Of a stretch of DNA of 64,000 nt, positions 55,743 through 64,000 are shown piece after piece. Source of the DNA: the human T2T-CHM13v2.0 reference genome, Homo sapiens; the NCBI RefSeq assembly GCF_009914755.1, contig NC_060931.1. One strand, given 5' to 3'. The notes under the pieces were generated by a model that did not search any database, was not told the DNA's origin, and saw only the letters and a list, made by a program, of their open reading frames with translations. Numbering within the stretch: the stretch's first letter is position 1; each line of letters starts with the position of its first letter. The position numbers and the translations under genes were made by a program.

Positions 55743-55982
55743 ATATGTGAAATTGGAGTCACAGAAGGAAGGTAGCCAGGAAAAAAAGTATTTTAATAAA
55801 TAAGGGCCTGAAACATTCAAAATTTGATGAAAAAAGTATGACAGACCCAGGAAATTTAATAATCGCAAACATTATGCACACATACAGTATATTAAAATCA
55901 AATAGCTGAAAACCAGTAATAAAGATAAAATGTTAAAAAGCAGCCAGAGCAAAGAGATACACATATTGCAAAGGAGTGAGTA

Positions 55983-56300
55983 CAGTCATGAGTTGCTTAA
56001 TAACAGAAGACATTCTGAGAAATGCGTCATTAGGTGATTTCATCATTGTGCGAACACCGTATGGTGTACTTACACAAACATAACTGGCATAGCCTACTAC
56101 ACACCTGGGCTATATGGTTTATCCTATTGCTTCTAGACTTCAAACCTTCACAATACATTACTGTATTGAATACTGTAGGAAATTGTAAAATAATAGTATT
56201 TGTGTATCTAAACATGGAAAAGTCCAGTAAAAATACAGTGTTATAATCTTATGAAAGACCACTGTTGTATATGGAGTTTATCATTGACCAAAACATTTTT
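55983..56300. mobile_element. Tigger3a/MER7A-like DNA transposon (right TIR lost)
   Basis: ta|cagtcatg...ttctgagaaatgcgtcattaggtgatttcatcattgtgcgaaca...tagcctactacacacct. Confidence 0.85.
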
Positions 56301-56691
56301 ATCATCAGAAACTATGCAAGACCTATGACAATGGAATGACACGATATTAAGAGATTAAATTAGAAAATCAATGTTATCATTTGAATAGATGCAGAAAAAC
56401 TTTTGACAAAACATTTATTCAGGATAAAAATTCAAAATTAGAAAAAAAACATTTTCAACTTGATAAAAGGTATCAATAAAGCTTGCAATTGATATCATAC
56501 TTAACAGTAAAATTCTGTATGCTTCTTCCTTCTCCCCTAATATTGGTAACAAAACAAGGATGTCCACTCTCATCACTGCAATGCACCATGATACATAATA
56601 TTTTGGTGACTGCATTGGTTCAGTAAGAGAATAAAAATAAATACAAGGAAAGAAAAAAGTAAATTTCTCTTTATTGAGACAACATGATTGT

Positions 56692-57441
<750 letters not shown>

Positions 57442-57765
57442 ATTGTACGCACAGAAAATTCTAAGGAATTTCTTAGAATTAATCAAAACGAGACATCACA
57501 GAAAGGTCAATATAAAAAATCAGTCTATATGCTGAAAATGAACAACAGGTAACTAAGTTAAAAATATCATTTTTACTAGGCTCCAAAAGCATGAAACATT
57601 TAATGTTCATTTTAATGTTTGTGCAAATTCTGTACAATTAAATCTGTAAAATATTTAGCACTATTTGTAAAATACTTAAATGGAGACATATATCATGTTC
57701 ATTGAACAGATGACTCATCAAGATACCAATTATCCACAAACTGATCAACGGATTCAACGTAATTC

Positions 57766-58640
57766 CATTCTTAGTCTGTTTATGCTGCTATGACAAAATA
57801 CCTGAGACTGGGTAATTCATAAAAAACAAATGTATTTTGGTAGGTTTGGTGGTCTGGTTAGGGCTATATGCTCCCGAGGGGAGAAACACCATGTCCGCAT
57901 GTGGCAGAAGGCAGAAGAGCGAATTAGCTTGCAGAACACTGCATGAAGCCTCTTTTATAAAAGCTTAAATTCCATTAAGGAGGGAGTCCTCGTGCCCTAA
58001 TCACCTCTTAAAAAGCTCCACCTTGAGAAATAGAAATGCTTTTACACTGTTGGTGGGAGTGTAAATTAGTTCAACCATTGTGGAAGACAGTGTGGCCATT
58101 CCTCAAGGTTCTAGAATCAGAAATACCATTTGACCCAACAATCCCATTATTGAGTATATACCCAAAGGATTATAAATCACTCTACTATAAAGACACACGA
58201 ATACGTATGTTTATTGCAATACTATTCACAATAGCAAAGACTTGGAACCAACAGAAATGCCCATCAACGATAGACTGGATGAAGAAAATGTGGCACGTAT
58301 ACACCATGGAATACTATGCAGCCATAAAAAAGATGAGTTCGTGTCCTTTGCAGGGACATGGATGAAGCTGAAAACCATTCTCCGCAAACTAACACAGAAA
58401 CAGAAAATCAGACACCACATGTTCTCACTCAAAAGTGGGAGTTGAACAATGAGAACACCTGGACACAGGAAGGGGAAGATCGCATACCAGGGCCTGTCAG
58501 GGGGTGGGAGGCTAGTGGAGGGTTAGCATTAAGAGAAATACCTAATGTAGATTACAGGTTGATGGGTGCAGCAAACCACCATGGCACGTGTATACCTATG
58601 TAACAAACCTGCGCGTTCTGCACATGTATCCCAGACTTAA

Positions 58641-58691
<51 letters not shown>

Positions 58692-58783
58692 GAACAGCTT
58701 AAAAAAAAGCTCCACCTCTTGATACTATCAGATTGGCAATATTGAATACTGAATTCTTCAAGGAACACATTCAAGCCATAGCA
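57766..58783 (-). mobile_element. MST-like MaLR LTR split by an L1PA insertion
   Basis: tcttagtctgtttatgctgctatgacaaaatacctgagactgggtaatt...cattcaagccatagca. Confidence 0.85.
58024..58703 (+). mobile_element. 5'-truncated L1PA (L1PA7-like) with (AAT)n tail and 14-bp TSD
   Basis: ORF2 C-terminus HCWWECKLVQPLWKTVW; TSD aaaaagctccacct at 58010-58023 and 58704-58717. Confidence 0.93.
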
Positions 58784-61599
58784 ACATCCCAATATGCTTT
58801 TGTAAAAATTGAGAAGTTGAGTTAAAAATGTATATGAGAAAGGCAAATGTTCTAGAGTATCCAAAAACAATTTGACAAAGAAAAAATTTGGAGGACTCGC
58901 AATTTCTGATTTCAAGACTTAGTGCAAAGCTATAATAATAAAGACAGATTTCTTACAATGTTAAATATATAGATTGATGGAATATAATTATAAATCCAGT
59001 ATATGATCAATTGATTTTTGAGAAATATGTCAATATTGTTCGATAGGGAAAACTAAGTTTTCCAAACATGGCACTGAAATAATTTGATATCCATGTTAAA
59101 AGAAAATTTTATATAATAAAAGTTATATAAATATTAACTCAATATGTATTATAGAACTAAACCAAAAAAAATCTGTAACTCTAAGTCCTATAGAAGACTA
59201 TAGAGGAGATAAATTTTGCAGACAGTAAATTTTTAGATAGGATACAACACAAATGTTAAGAAGAAAACAGTGTTAAATTATACTCCAACAAAATTAAAAC
59301 CACAGACTGAGAATATTTGTAATACATTTGATAAAAGATGTGCATCCAGAATATATAAAGACCCTCTAACAACTCAAAGACAAAAACTCAATTAAAAATG
59401 GGCAAATATTTGATCAGACACTTCATCAGAGAAAATATATGAAGACCAACATGCACATGAAAGATGTTCAACATCTTTAGTCCTATGCAAATGGAAATTG
59501 CCACATAATCCCACTGTACACATGTTAGAATGGCTAAAATTAAAAAGATTAAACACCAAGTTGAAGCTCTCATATGTTGCTTTTGGGAAGATAAGTAGTA
59601 TAATCTCTTTGAAAATCAATTTATCATTTTTTAATTAAACACACACTTACATACCTTAGGCAATTCCAATTCTGATTATATACCAAAGAGTACTGAAACA
59701 CATGTCTGGATATACTCATTCTAGCTTTACTCACAATAACCCCAAACTGGAAAACCCAACCCCCAAGGTTTTTCAACAGGAGAATGAATGCACAAGTTTT
59801 GCCCTACTCATATAATGGGATGTTACTTTAAAAATACTAATACGTGGAAAAATCATGGGTAAATATCACAGTATTATTCTATGCAAAAGAAGCCATGTAC
59901 ACTGTTTATACTGCATGATTTTATTTATATGAAAATCTAGAAAAAACAAATCACATCTATGATGACTGAAAGATCAGGTTGTCAAGAGCTTGATGTGTAA
60001 GAGTAATGACTGGGAAGAGTTATAAGGAAACCTTTTTTGAGTGTTGAAATGTTCTGTATCTTGAGTGTGGTGGTGGTTAGCCTGGCAAACATATTTGCAA
60101 AATTATCAAACTCTATGCTTAAAATCAGTGCAGTCTCTTGTATATAAATTATAACAAGTATATTAAAAGGCATAATAAAATATACGTACATATATTTACA
60201 GATGCACTATAACATTTATACTGCAATATAAAATATGACCCCAAAAGATTAGAAAGTTATATAACCATATTTTAATAATAATTACCCATATGTTTTCTTC
60301 TCAGTATTAACCTTTATTTTCTTTATTTCCCAAATGAACTCATGTTGTGTTTATAAACAAACAAAAACAAGAGAAAGCAAAGAGTTTCAGGGCTGAAATT
60401 AGCAACATGGATCTAAGCTATTTCCTCTGGTCTTGTATATAGACGTCATGGTTATTTCTTAAAAAAAGGAACTTATTTTCTTCATCCTTAGCAAAATATT
60501 ATCAATTTTAAAATGTCTAAATGACAATATTAGTTTTCGACTGAAATATAAGTGACTTTTATTTAACAAAATAGTGTTTAGAAATTCCTACATTTATATA
60601 TCCTAAACCCAGTATCTAGCGTTCCAAGAAAATCATCTATAGAGAATATATTTTAGTTCATTTCACACTGTTAATTATGTAACACACTGTAACCATTACC
60701 TTTTACCAACTACAATTACTCTTCTAATGAAAAGTGATGAATTTAACAAGAAATTATTAGATCTGTTTTATCTAAGCATGAACAAGTGGTTGATAGGAAA
60801 TGCTTCCTAATAAATATTTAATTCCTTTTACCACTCCCTCCTTCAATTTTATAATTGAATTACATGCTTCAGCTCAGTTAAATAAATAATAATTTTACAC
60901 ATCTAGTGTACAAAATACCATAATGTGCAGCACTGGCTATAAATAATCTTGATTTCAGACCAGTGAAGATAGTGGCTTCTAGACTGCTTCTGTCATTTGC
61001 TTTTACTTCATCCAGCATGTAAAGGCAAACATTTGGAAGTTATTTTTGTTCTTTTAAAATTTTTCTTCTTCCTAATTTTTCTGTCTCCCAAATGGTTTTC
61101 AAATATATCACTTTCTATGTAAACCATTATCTCTGAGCTCCTAATCTGCTGCTTCCTTTTCTTCGCTCCCATTTTTCTTCCAGTTCTATATCAGAAAACC
61201 CTTCAGAAATGCTTAAATTCTGGTTTCAATCTTGTAGTGGCCTCCAATTGCCTTTTAGGACAAGGTGCAAGTATCTTAGAATAGTGTAAGAAGTCCATTG
61301 GGATTTGTTTCTCGCTACTTCTCAGTGTCATTTTCCCCATGCCAAAGTATATCAGAAGCATAATTTTTATCCTAAGAATACTGTAAAACAATCTGTATAT
61401 TTTAACCCATCTTCCTTATCTACTTTTCATTTTTTTGATTTCTATAATGTTTACAAACAGAGCCTTCAAAGAACCTTAAAAGAATGCATAATGAAGAAGA
61501 GTGTAATGGACATGACAAATACACTACTCATATCTCCTCACTCTTTTCAATGGGCACTAGAAATGGAGAGAACTAGTAACCACTGGGGCAGCCCTCAAC

Positions 61600-61822
61600 A
61601 AATTAAGGAGAGAAATTGATATATAAATACCACAGGCCCTTGTTCCTAGTTTTGGTAAGAACCCTTTATTTGCAGTGGCAATTTGCTGGATAGCTGACTC
61701 TTTGTTCCCTTCCCTTCCCGCCCCCTCTCCCTAACTCATTTCTTCAGATCCTCTCCAAAATAAACTGCTTGCACTAAAATCTTTGTCTAACGTCTGCTTC
61801 TTGGAGAACACATAATGAGACA
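61600..61822 (+). mobile_element. ERVL LTR 3' fragment (LTR33/LTR16-like)
   Basis: aataaactgcttgcactaaaatctttgtct...tctgcttct.ggagaac...gagaca. Confidence 0.55.
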
Positions 61823-63299
61823 TGAGTATAATGTCACTGTTTCATTAAACTGTTTTTGCATGTCATCATCTATTAATGTTCATTTAATCAGAATATCTTA
61901 GGAGTTGCAAAGTAAACGATGATACCCCCATATGAGCACATAAACTTATATACAGTTTGTGTATAAAGATACAGATTTTGAACATATAAACTTCCTTGAT
62001 ATCCAAATAAATGAAAGTAATTTGAAGGCTAAACAATGAGATAAAATAAACCAAAGAAGATGACATAAAACCAGCCTCAATCTATGGGTATTATTTGACC
62101 TACAGCATTCTTCCATTAGCCTTGGGAAAAAAAAAATCCCTGAGTCAAAGCTACTATCAAAATATCACTTAAATCTATGTATTATTCTTATGGTCGGGAA
62201 ATACAACTTTAGACCTTTCTTACTTTTTTTGTTTTTTAAAATTAATTTCTGCCATTTATTTTACAATAAAATTTTATTTTAACACAATATAGTAAATCAA
62301 AAGGCAAAAGAAAATAAAAAGCGTAGCACTCGTAATTTCTCCCTGAAAGACAACACTATGAAAAATCTGGCATACCTTTCCATACAATTTTCCATATGTA
62401 CTGATATAAACAAATGTAGGATATCGCTGTTCATATTTTTATGAACACTTTCCCATTGAATATATTTGGAAATATTGCTGTGTCATTAAATATTCTCATA
62501 AAATTATTGAATAGATTTGGAAATATTTGTCATAAAATATTGTCATAACATTATTTTGGTGGTTATAGTTACTCGCTTTAAAATGTTTCATTTTGTTTTG
62601 TTTTGGTTTGCTATTATAAGTGGCATTTTTATAAATCTTTAAAGTTAAATTTTATAGAGTGATACAGATAACAGAGCCCACCCATGGTAATCATATACTG
62701 TAATCATATGGCTTGCAGAATCTTGGGAAATTTTACTGGGCAAATGATGCCAACTGGCATCAGAGAATCAAGTAATTCATTGATGTCTCAAACCAACTTC
62801 AAATTTGTCTCTGCTCAAATTTTATTTTATCAAAGATCCTTCTCCTATATAAGCACTTTCCCTAACTTTCACTTTAATTTCATCACTAATCATCCTCTTA
62901 TTCTGCTTCCTTTCCCCCACATAACACACATCATAACCTTATTTATTACGTAGTTACTCATTTTTGTGTGTTTCTTGTCGGTATCCCTAATAGACTTTAA
63001 GAATCATGGGGATTCTGGCTATTGCCTTCCATTTACTGTAAGAACCAACATCCCATAATAGTTAATAGTTTATATCTTTTCTTCAGATTGGAGACTTTTG
63101 TCCAAAGGTAGATCAGTTGCTAATTTTCCTGTGAGTTCTTGGACTATTTTGACATGTATCATCTGTTCATTTGCACTAGAAATTTATTTAATATTATTTA
63201 ATAATATGAAACAGGGTGCTTTAAACGCAAAGACAGAAAGGACTGACCTAAAATCTACCTGAGTTCTTCTCAGAGCCCAGTATCAAAGTTAAGATGTAC

Positions 63300-63520
63300 C
63301 AAGCATGTCCAACCCGGGGCCCATGGGACTCATGTGGCCCAGGATGGCTATGAATGTGACCCAACACAAATTCATAAACTTTCTTAAACCAGTATGAGAT
63401 TTTTTTTTTTTTTTTTTTAGCTTAGCAGCTATCGTTAGTGTTAGTGTTTCTATGCATGGCCCAAGCCGATTTTTCTTCTTCCAATGTGGCCCAGGGAAGT
63501 CAAAAGATTGGACACCCCTG
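63300..63520 (-). mobile_element. MER30 hAT MITE
   Basis: caagcatgtccaacc...gtggcccagg...caaaagattggacacccctg, with terminal inverted repeats. Confidence 0.88.
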
Positions 63521-63639
63521 GGTAACCATTACAACTATTGCAAAAGTAAATGTGAACACTCACTTGATAGGTATGTATTATCTATAATACGTTAATGTCT
63601 ATAAAAATCATTATCTACATATTTTACATACTATATTTT

Positions 63640-64000
63640 TGTGTTATTTTCAATTTCCATGGGTACATAGTAGGTGTATGTATTTATGGGATACGTGAAA
63701 TATTTTTATAGAGGCATACAATGCTTAATAATCACACCAGGGAAAATGATGGATATTCACCCATCACCTCCAGCTTTTATCCTTTCTTTGTATTACAAAC
63801 AATCAATTATACTTTTAGTTATTTTAACATATACAATAAATTATTGTTGACTACACTCACCCTGTTATGCTATCAAATACTAGATCTTACTCATTCTATG
63901 TTTTTGTACCCACATTAACCATCTCCAATTCCTTTCCCCACCCAATACCCTTCCTAGTATCTGGCAACTATCATTCTATTTTCTATGTCTCCATGAGTTC
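63640..64000 (-). mobile_element. L1MA 3' end (runs off the window)
   Basis: tgggtacatagtaggtgtat.tatttatggg...ttattgttgact...caccctgtt.tgctatcaaatactag. Confidence 0.88.

Noticed and set aside
58637-58915. ORF with a poly-leucine, transmembrane-like tail
   Set aside because: Translation of the (TTA)n strand of an L1 tail microsatellite

Overview
AT-rich, repeat-dense primate (almost certainly human) genomic DNA. The only supportable gene feature is the large terminal coding exon of neurexophilin-1 (NXPH1, + strand). Its splice acceptor is at 5855/5856, it has 253 codons to TGA at 6617, and a ~1.2 kb 3'UTR ends near AATAAA 7783-7788. Bases 1-5855 are the end of the preceding intron. The remaining ~56 kb is gene-free downstream DNA made mostly of transposon fossils: five Alus, many L1 fragments, L2, MIR, MaLR and ERVL LTRs, a solo HERV-H LTR7, MADE1, Tigger3a and MER30. 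All other ORFs in the track look like repeat-derived or chance ORFs. I found no convincing new biological system. The best second-look items are small and structural or regulatory: an 84-bp tandem duplication that puts decoy acceptors just upstream of the NXPH1 exon, a CPE/Pumilio/hexamer module at the 3' end, a 92-bp near-perfect palindrome, a motif-dense candidate enhancer with a perfect NF-kB palindrome, an internally collapsed LTR7, and several local duplications and nested insertions. Repeat subfamily names come from recalled consensus sequences, and boundaries of old elements are approximate.
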